Shown piece after piece: positions 12,041 to 25,462 of a stretch of DNA of 64,000 nucleotides. How positions within the stretch are numbered: position 1 is the first letter of the stretch; each line of letters opens with the position of its first letter. The notes under the pieces were generated by a model. That model made no database searches and had not been told where the DNA came from. It was given only the letters and a program-made list of their open reading frames with translations. The position numbers and the translations under genes were made by a program. Location: the NCBI GenBank assembly GCA_024679065.1, contig JAGIQG010000016.1, forward strand, positions 31,000,001 through 31,064,000, written 5' to 3'. Origin of the DNA: Sphyrna mokarran. Its lineage: Eukaryota.

Positions 12041-14310
12041 AAATTATGCTCAAAATCTCTCAAACATTTTTGACTTGTATGGTAGTGTGAGAATATATAA
12101 TATAAACACAGATTGAATTTCTTCATAGTGAAAAAGATTTTGTATCTGTATTTTATTTCACTCTGAATTATTAATGGAATCAAAAGTTATTCTGATTAAA
12201 TAGCACTGATTAGTAGCAGCTTAAAAGTGACAGATCTAATACTTTTCATGTTAGTTGCTATTTTTATTGAAATGTCAGATTAGTCAGCTGCTACAATGTA
12301 TAGAATATGGTTTTATTTTATTCACATGATGCAACGTACTTACTTCAAGATTATATGAAGCATTGATATCACCTGGTTGCAAGCAACTTACAGTGCACTG
12401 ATCACATAGTCTTACGGATCAAATTGAACACAATAATAGCATGCTTTAAATACCTAAAACCCTTTATATTCTTCGCAGCTGCTCTGACTCTGAGGGCTAA
12501 CATAGAGAAATGGTACATGCCTTGGTCAAGACAGTGCATGTCAGTTGTTGGTCTAGATTATGAGCACCAGCAGATAATTTAGCCACAAGGTCTCACAGTC
12601 AAGGACAAGCTTATCTCTAACATCCAAAAGCACCCACCTCCTAGTCATAAACATTAGGTAATGATTAAAAAATGAAACCCTGGCTGATTTCACTCTGTCT
12701 AATTCAAAAAGTGCTAAATTCATCTGTAGCTCCTGAATGCTCTAATTTAATTCTCAAAAAGGGATTTAAAATCAAATTCTTAGAAGCATAGAAGTTCTAC
12801 AGTGCCAAAGGAGGCCATTCAGCCCATAGACTCTGGACTGACTCTCCAAAAAAGCATCTAACCAAGAGCTATCCCTATTATTTTTGAAGAGCTGATACAC
12901 TGAATGAAGATAAATATTGTTAATTTGACTCAAACAGTTAACTGGGACACACAAGATGTTTGAGGGACTCTTTTGAGAGTTTCTATAAGATTTGATGCAA
13001 TGACAAACAACTATTCAGAAACAGCAATTCATGACAGCAAGACTATGTTGAGCTTGCAAGGGCAACATTAATTTTGTCAAAAGGTGAAAGGAACCCAACT
13101 TTTTAATTTGGTTAATAGTACCCATAACTGTACATTGTGCCCACAACACATTCCTCTCTACCTTTTGAACTGTCTTGAATTACATCAGCAATTTATGAAA
13201 AACACTATTTTAATCTTGAAGGTAAGTCTTGCTGTCACTGTGTTTGATAAAAATATTTGTCTTTTCTCTCTGTTGGTCTGGTTAATTGTATCTAATGCTG
13301 CTGCTGCTTTTATGTCCCTGATTCTTCTTTCAAGAAACTTCCAGATCAAATGTACACAACCACTTACAAAAGATGTGCATTTGTGCATCTCCTTTCGAAT
13401 ACTCAACATGTCCAAAAGTGCTTTGTAGCCAATGAAGTCCAATGTTGGACTATAGGTGAAAGGTTGAAATGTGGAGCAGAAATTCTTCTTCTGTACTCGG
13501 TGTGCTGGCCATTGTTTATGCTCAATTACATTGTATTGTCACTTTGCTTCATGTTGGGCATTGAGGGTTGTTGTTCACAAAGAGGCTTTATAAACCTTTA
13601 ATTGTTATTGTTTAGGGATGGTCCCATACCATTGATTTCTTTCCCCCCTAATGAGCAAACTCTTTAACTTGAATCATTTTCTTTGTCCCAATGAAATTTA
13701 TAAATTAAGTAATTAGGCCAGTGCAAGTGACGAGAAAGTGATGCATTTGCTACCATTAAGCTTTGTGGAAGCAGTTCCAAATATAATTCTAGATTTGTAC
13801 ATCTTATGCAGCACAGCTCACTGTATCTTAATGAGGCATATTCATACACATTTTCACAGCTCGCTGAGAAGACAGCTCACCCTTTATATAGAACATTCAT
13901 CCATATCTCCATCATCTTGCAAACGAAAAAGCTGAATTAGTTTTATGTGCATTTTTCCTCTGCGTTTTGAAGATTTTCTTTGATAGGCATTCATCCTACA
14001 GGACCACTTATCAGCAAAAAGAAAAATGTTTTAAAATTGTAACTTCCAAATTATTTTCATACAGCTTTTGGATGGTAAATTCTGAAGTAAATTGCCAACT
14101 TGTATTTTACCTTCATCCATTCTCGATGATATGGGCCAACATTAATTTCCCACTCCTTGTTGCAATTGGAAAAGTGGCGGTGAACCTTAACCTTGAACTG
14201 CTGCTGAGGGCAGCTTGATGCATCTGAATTGCTTGCTACATCATTTCAGAAAGCAATTGAGAGTCAACCACAATGGTGTGGGACTAGAGTCACATATAAA
14301 GAAGAGCAGG

Positions 14311-14674
14311 GAAGGCAATGGTCTTGTGGTATTATTGCTAGATGATTAATCCAGAAACTTAGCTAATGTTCTGGGAACTCAGGTTCAAATTCTACCAAGA
14401 TAGATGGTGGAATTTGCATTTAATAAAAAATATCTGGAATTAGGAATCTATTGATGACCATGAAACTACTATCGATTATTAGAAAAAAAAACTATCTGGT
14501 TCACTAATTCCTCTAGGGAAGGCAATCCACCATCCTTACTTGCTCTGGCCCACATAGGACTCCAGAGCTACAGCAATGTGGTTGATTCTCAATGGCCTGT
14601 GGGCAACTAGGGATGGGTAATAAATTCTGACCCACCAGCAATGCCCATATCCCACAAATGAATTTTAAAAAAAG
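14311..14674 (+). mobile_element. Second-family tRNA SINE
   Basis: 'ggcaatggtcttgtggtattatt...aggttcaaattctacc...ctggttcactaat...gggtaataaattctg'. Confidence 0.8.
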
Positions 14675-15559
14675 GGTCACATGCTTCCTTCTATGAAGGG
14701 TAATATTGACTTTCAGGTGACAAGCAAGACTAAGGACAGTATTTTAAACCTCTGAAGTCACAAAGTTGCATTTAGCATGAATTTTTTTGCCATTGGATTG
14801 CTTGCCTACAGTCATATAGTCATGTATTCCAATTCTCTTTCTGCACGCTCATCTATTGACACATCTAGTAATTCCTGGAACAGGTTCTTGTCTGTTGCCA
14901 GCTACTTATAGCTTTAAGGGTGCCAATCCAAGAATGACTGACTAGGAGTCTCTTCCACTCTTAACACCAGCATTTGGCACATTTGGAAGGATTTGCAGAT
15001 TGACAGTCAACATGTTTGACCATGTTGTGAATTTCTTGGCCATCAAGTCCTGGTATAGGACTCAAAACCAGAGTTTCTAGCTCAGAGGCAGGGACACTAC
15101 CCACTGCACCACAAGAACTTCCATAATAACATAGAGATTCCAATTTTACCCTTTTGTGTTGATTCCTATAAGTATGCCTTCGGTTTTTATTTCAGATCAA
15201 AATAACCAACCACTATAACAGAACCATAGTCCAATTTATTGATACAAACCCATGTTATCCCATTATACAGTTGACTTCTTATGCCTTCAGAGATGAACAA
15301 TAGGTATCCTTTTTCATCCATTCTCCACATTCCAAGAACAAATAAAGAAATTATTGCTTCTGAGCTTTAACATTGCAATGCACAGTGCAAAACTCTGAAT
15401 ATGTTTGTCCATAATACATTTCTTCTTTACCAAAGCAAAATGCTGCAGATGTCAGATATTGGAATTAAAACAAAAGAAAATGCTGCAAATACTCAGCAAA
15501 TGAAGCAGCATGAGGACCATGAAACCGATTTAGTGGTTCAGATTGTCACTGAGTTGGAC

Positions 15560-16065
15560 TGAGTCAGGCCTTTCAATATGATAGGCATGACCCACTTCCC
15601 ATATTCCTACCCCTTTCCCATTTCTAGAAATCTTGGCTGGCTCAGGAAAAGAGAATTTTCTTCAAACTTTACTTGTTCTCAGGATATTAAATACTGTTGT
15701 TCTTTTCTTTTGTCCCGAAAAATCCCACTCGAGAGATGGGCATATAATCTAGACCAACACTTCAGCATTGAACTGTAGGAAATGCTAAATTGCAGCCTGT
15801 TCTGCTGTCTCGAACAGAGGTTAAAGATCTCACAGAACTATTCAAAGAACTGCTTACGTTTCCTAGCCAGCACTCATATCTTAACCAGCATTACCAAAAC
15901 AAACAATTAGATCATTTATTCTATTTCTGTTTCTGGGATACTGTGCACAAAATTGAAGTTACATTTTTCCATATTTAAAAAGTGACTGCCCTGTATTGAC
16001 AATGAGGTTCTTCAGGATGTATTGAGGGTATGGAAAGTGCTATATAAAGGCAAGTTTAATTTTCC
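15560..16065 (+). mobile_element. Degraded Deu-SINE-like element
   Basis: Core 'tttctgtttctgggatactgtgcacaaaattg' and tail 'aaagtgctatataaaggcaagt'. Confidence 0.5.
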
Positions 16066-16776
16066 TTTGATGGAGACTTTCTTTCTCATGCCAAAACCTT
16101 ATTTGTTCAATACTATAACCACAAGCCAATCACTGAAACAAGCAGACACTAGCCATTAATATATTTTCTAAAAGCTAGCAGGCCTGTGTGACTATTTTAA
16201 TAAATATTCCATGAGCTTCCGCAGGCTTTGGTGATGTAACCCCACTAGAGAAACACTCTTTAATATTACCATTATCAAATCAAAATTAAGACTCAAATCC
16301 ATGAAGGAATAATTAAAGCTGTGGCTGTCTAAGTTTCCAGCTGAGGTGATTTAGTACATTTGAATTACTGTGAAGTAAGTGCTAAGAAAGTAATAAAACG
16401 GAATTTCTCTGACTTTAAGTGTTAAAATATTGCTTCTTTAATGTGATTGATCTTGAGTGTTCAATAACACACTCTGATGTTTTACAGGCACAAGCATTAA
16501 GACCAGTTTTATAATATTCCATATCAGACTGCCCTTGCTATGAATATTTTAAATTCATGAGGCATCTACACAACATACATGGCAACGCTGCTACTGGGAG
16601 TCTCTGGAAAGAGTGTACTTGTATCCACCAGCACTATCAAGGCCTTTCCTTCCTGTGGGAATTGCACAGACTGGGGCTTTTTGACCCCTTTCAGTCTCAT
16701 TTCGTTTTGATGTTTTAATTTTGATTTGGGCTCAGCCTTTCAATTTGTTCCTTAATTTGTTGATTTATCGTTAGAG

Positions 16777-17095
16777 TCATAGAAAATCTACAGTACAGAA
16801 AGAGGCCATTCAGCCCATTGAGTCTGCACTGACCACAGTCCCACCCAGGCCCTACTCCCATATCCCTACATACTTTACCCACTAATTTCTCTAATCTATG
16901 CATCTCAGGACATTTAGGGACAATTTTAGCATGGCCAATCAACCTAACTTGCACATCTTTGAACTGTGAGAGGAAATTGGAGCATCCGGAGGGAGCCCAT
17001 GCAGACATGGGAAGAATGTGCAAACTCCACACAGTGACCCAGTCAAATCCAGGTCCCTGGAGCTGTGAAGCAGCAGTGCTAACCACTATCATGCT
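16777..17095 (-). mobile_element. HE1/V-SINE-type SINE
   Basis: Family match; ORF 16715..17092 (STAASQ..PGF..WSLHILPMSAW) is the typical chance translation of this SINE. Confidence 0.85.
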
Positions 17096-17560
17096 ATCAT
17101 GTGGGTTTAGTTAATTTGATTACCCAGAGGAAGCACAAGCAATAAGCTAGAGTCCATTGGAATGATCAAGATTGTGAGTGGGTTAGAGGGAATTGTTGGG
17201 GAGGCCACCAGTCAGATTCCCAGCAGTGGGAAAACAAAGCAATTAAGTTAATATCAGGCAAGAAGCAAAGTGGGAAATTTGCTGCAGAGACAAGAGACTC
17301 ATATGATCAACCACCTCTTTAAACACAATTCCACATCAATTAAACTGGCTTCTCTGATTTATTGAAACTCATGTGTTCCCCATGCCTTCAGTAATCTGCC
17401 CAGTGAAAGTTGGTAGCTTAGTGTGGCTCCTTAACTCAGAGTCCTTTGGACCTCCAGGAAGCTGCATCACAGGGTATTGGATTGAATTTGACAATACTTG
17501 CTCGCTAAGTATCTGATGAACTGGCACTCTGAAGGACAGAACTTCATAGTCAGGAATACT

Positions 17561-18620
17561 GGCCGTGATTGTTCTAAAAAAGCACTGAATTGGCGGGAAA
17601 ACAGTTCTGGATCATGACTGTGTTATCAGTTGAGCTTCTTCCTCGTATCTCCCCACTCTCTGCATTGCAGAGGTCCCAATCGTAAATCTCATTAAAAACC
17701 CAGATTGGGGGAAGCGGGGCCTATTCGTGTCAGAATCTGACAGTTCTGGAATTCTGCACATGTGCAGGGGTTCCAATCTGTTGGTCTCCCCATTTGCTGG
17801 GCAGCCCGATCACTGACCAGCCCAGGACTCCTCAGAGTGCTGCACCTCCAGCCTACCCCACTTGACCTGATCGTGGCACCCACAACAATTCTAGGGCCAG
17901 ACCTGACCCACCTCTATCCTGAAATGCCCAGATGTCCAGCATCCCCACCACTCTCCCTGGTAGTGGTGAACCCTTCACCTTTTCATGCTGGCAAACCCCT
18001 TTCCTGACCTTCCCTCTGGGTTTAGACCCCACCCTGGAAGGCAGGCCCCCTTCTCCAACAGACCGCCCAAGCCCTCCCCAATCACTGCCTTCCTGCCATC
18101 CCAGACTGATAGTCCAGTAGAGTGGCAGCAGGATCTCCCCAGCCCCACCAATCACCAATAGGTCCTGCCCACAATAGGCCCCACTCCCTTGGCCCAATGC
18201 TTGATGGACACGGCAAAGGGACATCCCCCAGGCATTGGCACTTTGCTCCTTGGGCAGTGCGTGGGGGCACAGGCCAGCACTGCCTGGGTGCTTGTGCACA
18301 GGGGGCATCACCTCCCACCCAACTCCCAGGGAACCTCGTTTGCCCTTCCTTCATTCTGGCCGGGTCTCCCACTAGTTCACCGAACACGGGGAGCTAATCT
18401 TTACCCCAATTTTCAATGGACCGGTAAGTTCCCAATAATATATTTAAAAGATATTTAAAACATTGAAGACAGATTCAAATGACTTATCTGCCTTTCTGCC
18501 CGTTTCCAGCATTGTCTGACCTTTGACCGTCGCCAGCTCTGGGAGTTGTGCATGTGTTCCCAGCACACACACAAATCCCACAAAAAAAGGGACAGGACAC
18601 AACAGAGACATGGAGGGATC
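17561..18620. mobile_element. Large non-autonomous Harbinger-like element
   Basis: Starts 'ggccgtgattgttc'. Its internal sequence 'ccccactctctgcattgcagaggtcccaatcgtaaatctcattaaaaac' is shared with 25463-26151 and 49764-51868. Confidence 0.6.
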
Positions 18621-19114
18621 ATTCTTAAAGTGATATCACAATTTGAGTTCCTTGGAGGAATACATGTAACAAGCTTTCTGAAGGAAAGCATTAAGTGTGA
18701 CAGCATAAGAATCATCCACCTATATTCATCCTTAAGCACCAGTGGGAATGGAATGGTGACACCTCAGATCTCAGATGAACACACTAATGCTACTGAATTG
18801 TTTTGTATGATGGCAGTGAAACCTTCTCCCAGCACTTCGGGACATCATTTTGTCCTGGGGGAACAAAATTCAGATGCTGAAGTTGCAATCCGCAGATCTT
18901 GCCAAGAACCCTGTGAGATGATTTCCCAACTCTAACACTGAGCTGGCTGCCCTTTTCAACAGGGAACCAACCACTGCGTGGCCATCCGATGATGCTGGCT
19001 CCCAAAATCAGAACCGTCCCACCCCTGCCATGTGGTCCGGCAGAAGCTGCCATCTCCCGTTTAAATACCTGGGTCCGGTCAAATGGAAATGACCCTGCTC
19101 AGACTTCTGCTGAA

Positions 19115-19641
19115 TCATAGAACCTGCAGTGCAGAAGGGAGCCATTTGGCTCATCGAGTCTGTACTGACAGCAACGTCACCCAGGCCCGAAAGAGAAAAT
19201 TCTAGAAAATCTCAGTAGGTCTGGCACCATCTGTAAGCAGAGAAAAGAGCTGACATTTGAGTCCAGATGACCAGCTTTGACAAAGGGTCATCTGGACTCA
19301 ATATCAACTCTTTTTTCCCCCCCTTACAGATCAGCTGAGACTTTCCAGCATTTTCTCCTTTGGTTTTATATTCCAGCATTGACAACAATTTGCTTTAATG
19401 CACCCAGTCCTGTCTTTTTCCGGTAACACCACATACTTATCTTCCTAACCCCCTGACATTAAGAGGCAATTTAACATGGCCAATCAACTGAACCTGTACA
19501 TTTTTGAACAGTGGGAGGAAATCAGAGCAAATCCATGCAGACACAGAGAAAACGTGCAAAACTGCACACAGACAGACTTGAACCTCACTTGAACCTCGGA
19601 ATCTAGTTCTGTGAGGCAGCATTGCTAACCGCTGTGCCATA
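19115..19641 (-). mobile_element. HE1/V-SINE interrupted by a Penelope-like palindrome (19190-19399)
   Basis: SINE tail at 19115-19189 and body at 19400-19641. 'cacccaggcc' and 'cacccagtcc' flank the insert. Confidence 0.75.
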
Positions 19642-22600
19642 GTTCTAGGCTTGTGTGTGGAGATCACAATGGGAGGATTAAGTTTTTTGCTCTGACAAGA
19701 GTGACACATTCATGCCCTATCGCTATCTGTGTGAAAATGCAGATATAAGATAATGACCCCCAAAAATTCAGCAGGCAAAATGACAAATCGTTTCTCACAT
19801 TACAATTTGATATGATCTGGCAAGCACTGCCTGAAAGCATGGGATTTTGCTGCAACAACAGCATTCACAGTTGTTTTATCTGATGCTCATTTACCAAATT
19901 ATCATATTTAGAATTGACAACTTGTCACTGTGAAGCCATAACCATCATCTCCCTCCACCGGCTGCTGCTCCTGGGTTGCTCGTGTAGTACCATAACCATT
20001 CGGTACCATTCCCATGGACCATGCTTTACACAGGAGGAAATGATAGAAAAAGAATGATACAAAATAAAGACAATTTGTCAAGAATATCAATTATACTAAA
20101 CATGACATTACAAAATACACTGTATCCTTCATATTAATAAAATCAATTACAATCCAACATGTCATCTCTTACATTGAAAATTAGAGTCATACAATCACCC
20201 TTCAGTAATGGATCTGTCAGCATTTATATTTCAAAAATCTTTTGCCTGTACCATTTAAGGATTGAGATTACATGACAAAAGTTACAAATGGTTTACACTG
20301 CATAATTTAGCTTGGAAACTTATTTACAGTTTCAAAGAAACAAATTATTTGTCTGACTGTTAAAAGTGCTGTTGGATAGCTATGCTGGAGGAATCTTGGA
20401 AATGATAACAAAGTGGACTTTGAAAGAGGCATGGGTGAGCTGGGCAGATAGTCAATACATTGCTCCATGGAAGACTAGTGAGCAGGAATGTAGGCAGCTG
20501 ACTGTGGTTCTCAGTTGAAATCAAATAGGAATAAAACAATGCTGAAATGTAATTCTTTGTCTTTGCCTTCCTGCATCAGTAGTTCTTGGGCTTTAGTTTG
20601 TTTCAATAGCAGGTAACTCAAGGAATAGGTCACTAATCTGTCATCATTAAGTATGGCTAACGAGGAGTCTCTCCTGCTCTTACCACCAGCCATATTCAAC
20701 CTGTTTGACTGCATTATCTACATACCTTTCTTGACCATCAAGTCCTGAGGTGGGACTCGAGCTTCTAGTTCAGAGACAGGGACATTGCACATTGAACCAC
20801 AAGACAAAATGAGGTTTGAGGGGGCTATAATCTGCTTTAGGAATGTATTTAGTCTGTAGTTATTTGTCACATTTCTGTCATGACTACATTTATATGCAAC
20901 CAAAACAAACCTGTCAGTAATATTAATATCAAACAATACTCATGATAAAAAACAGCAAGAAGCCAAGTCAGGAAGTATTGCAAAAGCTGGATAGCAGCAT
21001 TCACTAAAGATACTCATTACATAACATTCTCAGCAAGTTGGAGCTTGTGAGACAGAGCTGCAAGAATGGGCTCTGCATTAAACCAAAGTTAATCCATTCT
21101 TTTTACAAAATCACATAAAAGTATTTCATTATTTTCAGCTGGTTTCTCACCTAATACTCAGGAAGGAATTTTCTGATGAATGATGCTATTAATCTACCAA
21201 ATTACTTGACCAGCACCCTCTGGTGGGTACATGTAGAATTAAAACAATGGATGAAATGTAATCACTTCCCCTCAGCAATCATTCAATCAGGTGGCTGGTG
21301 AGAACCCCAACACCTTCCCATTTACATCCTGAGGAGGCCCATGAATGATCTTCAGGCCTCACCACAATTGAAGCCTTTCAGTTGGCAATCCATGGTCAAA
21401 TGAGAGCCTCATTCTGCCAGTCCTGCATTAGCCCAAAGGCAGGCAAAAACACATCATGAGGGAAGTACAACAAGCAAATTCTAGCTTGTTTTCAGGTGGG
21501 CTCTTGAAAGCTAACCTCCCTGTCCATTACAGCAACCATCCAATAACCCCTCTTCCATGACTTCCATCTGTATGATTCTGGGCCTCATAAGTTGCCACAC
21601 CAGAAGCATCCATAGTGGTGCTGCCATTTAATAGAGCTGTTAGCCTCTGATTGGTTGGCAACTCTCATCAAGTAGGTCTTCTACTCCCGGGGTCCTTAAT
21701 CGTAGAGAGGGGTGGCTTGTTAAGTGCCTGTGTGGCAGTTAATTTGCTAGCCTTTTCCAGAAGGAAGAAATGCAGTAATCTCATTAGCCCTCCAGGCTAC
21801 TGGTGAGATCCCTGTCACCTTCATTAAATACCTGCCTGCTGGTAGGATTTGCCAGCATTTCCCCTGGTGGGACTTCTTTTTCCCCACTGAAGATGATCCC
21901 TATCCACCCCTATATGGCAGGTTCCCTGGAAGCAGTGCAGTGAACCATAAAAAACATTGTTGACTGCAGATCCCGCCAGTGCCCAATGCCTTTTAGAAAA
22001 CATGCCTTTGGCAGGTGGAAGGAGGGTGGTGGGGGTTGTCGTGGAGGGATAGTGGTCGGGCAGAAAATCTCAACGTGCATGTTAAAGGCGTTAGGGAAAC
22101 TTTTGCTGTGGTAGGACATCTACCTTTAAACTATTAACATTTTACCATTAAGCTAAAAACATTTTTTTGCACAACTTTTCTGAAACTATCAGCTAAAAAC
22201 CTTCAGCCTCATCCACGGTTGTAATTCTCTGGTACTGTTGCACTGAATTGAGTTTTGCCTGAGTCCCAGATTCCCATTCTAATGAAAATAGAGATTTCTC
22301 CACTTTCATAATTCTTTTATTGTTTTCATAACTTGTCAGGTGTCAGATGTGACAACTTGGCAATTATATTATTTAGTGGTCACTTATCTTTTCAATACAA
22401 AGTCACCTCATCACTCACTGTATTGAAAAAAAAAGTATATATAACTTATGACACAGAATGCCATTAAAATGTATGCAATTGTAACAACATTTGAATCTAT
22501 TTTTCATATGGTTCCACTTCCAAACCATTGTTCCTCCATAGTCCATCATGGCCCTAGTCTGGCATGAACCATGTCTTATCCCAAAAGCAGACCACACCTT

Positions 22601-24192
22601 GAGAATTGTGGAAGAGCTGAAATATTCACACCTGTAGTGGTGCCAACAATGCCAGAACATCGGTTTGTGGGCTTCTAACACATCTGCTTATCGTGTGCTG
22701 CTGAAAATTGCCAGTTGCTGGGAATAAGGTCAGGAATCAGGTTCAGGCACCACCTGATACAGTGTGACACCGGAGCAGGCTTGGGATGGCTCATTGTCTG
22801 CTCGTTTATCTCATTACCGCTAACGGAAACCTGCTACTTGCAAAAACACCAGGCTCCCTACATTACAACAGAGTCTGCATGTCAGAATTACTTTAGAAAT
22901 TTCCTTAGGTCATAGAATGTGCCACTTAAATATCACTTTGTCCATTTTATGAAACTGGTTTGGCCATAAACATCTGAGTCCAAGTTGCACACAGTCTGTC
23001 AGTGCTTGTGCCAAGGTCAATCTTTCTTTATTGCAGTTGTATCTGTTTTCTTTCTGCTGCCCTGTCACCAAAAAAAACCCTGTGTAATTTTTCAATACTG
23101 TTTTTGTTGCTTCACATTGAATGATGTCAGTTTTTAATATGATATATAATTGTTAATATACCAGCTAGGAGTGTTCTGAAACTGTTTTGAGATATATTGC
23201 AAAAAGACAACTTGCATTTTTTGTACTTGTGAAAATAACAAAGACAAAAGAACCAAATCTAGAAAACCTTAAAAAATTATTTCCCTTCACCCATTCATAT
23301 TGATTTACTTGTTTTCCCTGGAGCCTGCATTAATATTTGTTGTTGTGTTTCATGCAATGCCGCTGGCTTGACCATCTCTCTCCAAACCATCTTCTGCAAA
23401 TGGAGTTTTTATTGCTGTTATAAATCATAGAACAAGTTTCAAGCTGCAAGGCTCTATAGTTGCTTTGTGGGTTACAAATGGATGAAAGGGTGGAACAATG
23501 GGAGCAAGTTTGCTTATTTCAGGAAGTTATTGTGGGCACTGTACGTACAACACTTGACTTTCTTTTAGCCCAAACTTTTTGTGAAATGCAATTGGTCAGT
23601 AAATATCGTTGGATATTTTGGAAGGAAAATTAGCTTTGGACAGTAAGGCAAAGTGAGCAGGATCAAATTGGTCACCCACAATACTGCATATCCAATTCAT
23701 TAATTTCATAAAAATTAAACTGAAAAGAAAGGAATGAGTGAAATGAAATAAAAAGATTTAGGATTTTAACATGTAGTGGTTTCAATAATGACCACTAATA
23801 TTCAAAAGTGAGCTTTTACTCCTAAGTTCTTCAAAGTTTTTAATCTGAAATAAAATGAAAACTGTTATTTGAAATCTCAATATCTGTGGCATTTGCTTGC
23901 GGCATGTTATAGCTTTTATTAGGCATTTCAGAATTTTAAATATGATTTAGATATTCTGTCATCATTGTTGGATGGCTTTTAGTACTGAACAATCTAACAA
24001 AACATAATGTTTGGATTAATAGTGTTCTCCAGCAACAATTTCAAGTCTCAAACATTGTTGTATACATTGGTGTTCTGTGTTGTACACATTTTCACCTACC
24101 TCAGTAAAATCCTAATCTGTGCCCCCCTCCATTTAACAAAGTTTGATTGGCTTCTGAATTTGAAGCAAATTGAGGGGCATAAAATTATAATA

Positions 24193-25240
24193 AGCAAAAT
24201 ACTGCAGATGCTGAAATCTGAAACAAGAAGTGAGGATGCTGGAAAATCCCAGCAGGCCTGGCAGCACTCAAAGGGGAGAAAGCAGAATTAATGTTTCAAG
24301 TCATTTTGGCTCTTTACCAGAACTGAAGGGAAGGAGAATTCTTTTATTCATTCAGAGGATATGGGTGTCACTGGCTGATCAGCACTTATTGCTCATTCCA
24401 TTTACCCTTGAAGGGCAGTTGAAAGTCAATCACATTGCTGTGGATCTGAAGTCACATGTAGGACAGACCAGGTAAGCATAGCAGCTTTCATTCTCTAAAG
24501 GACATTAGCAAACCAAATGAGTTTTCCGACAATTATTTTACGATCACCAGTAAATTATTAATTCCAGATTTTTTTTTATTGAACTCAAATTTCAACATCC
24601 ATCCTGGTGGGATTCAAACTCTGGTCCCTAGAACATTAGCCGAGTTTCTGGATTAATACTCTAGTGATAATACCATCGCCTTCCTTTAATGTGTTAGATA
24701 TTAAAGTGTCATTGTGAGAAATTGCAAAAAAACATAACAACTTTAAGAACAAAAGACAGGGTGTTGTATTGAGGCAATACATGTGTGGTATTTTTTTTAA
24801 AGGGGTCTATGATGGAAGAGAAAGGTCACAATCTAAAGCAGCCAAATGCAGTATTAAATCTCAAGGGTTGCTTGTGCTCAAATGAATGATCCAACATTGT
24901 GCCTCAACCCGAGATTGCATTGCAGGAGGCCAAGGAAAGACCTGTGGATATGAGAGCAAGGTGCTAAGATAAAATGAAGAACAACAGGAAAGCAAAGGTC
25001 ATTCTTGTGGATTGAGTGGAGGTGTTCTGCAAGGTAGTCACCCAGTCTATTTTTACTATTCTCAGTGTAAGGGAGATTGCATTAGGAGCAGCAAGTATAA
25101 TAAACTAAATTGAAGAAAGTGCAAGTGAAAAAATGCTTGCCTAAAAGGAGCACTTAGGACATTGACCAGTGAGGAGAGAGGAGGTAAATGGACAGGTGAT
25201 ACACCTTGTGATTGTAATAGAAGGTGCTGTGGGAAGGGGA
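24193..25240 (-). mobile_element. Penelope-like element 3' portion with GIY-YIG endonuclease remnant, interrupted by a SINE at 24340-24685
   Basis: Manual minus-strand translation of about 25000-25210 gives RCITCPFTSSL...FTCTFFNLVYYTCCS*CNLPYTENSKNRLGDYLAEHLHSI, matching the Cys-linker plus GIY-YIG pattern (NLVY...LYIGET.R.L..RF.EH) of PLEs. Confidence 0.8.
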
Positions 25241-25462
25241 AGCATAAAATTATCATTGGATCTAACTTGTGATCTCACTAATGATGGACACCAATGCAAA
25301 AAATACTAATTTATGTTTGGATGTTTAAAACAATATTGCCATCTCACCAGATTGCTGTTGAAAATATTATTTCGGCTAAGAATGCAAATTAATTAGTATT
25401 TGTGTTTTGATTTGTTTAATGTAACTCAATACTTTGTGACTGAAATAGCTTAAGTGACATAG

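Noticed and set aside
13185-13442. 85-aa minus ORF resembling a coding exon
   Set aside because: Its start is a Deu-SINE-like tail ('ttcattggctacaaagcacttttggacatgttgag'); no recognisable protein.
17692-18458. Cluster of overlapping GC-rich ORFs (also 11278-11855, 25531-25874, 50042-50525)
   Set aside because: They lie inside non-autonomous Harbinger-like elements, where high GC lowers stop frequency; no transposase motifs seen.
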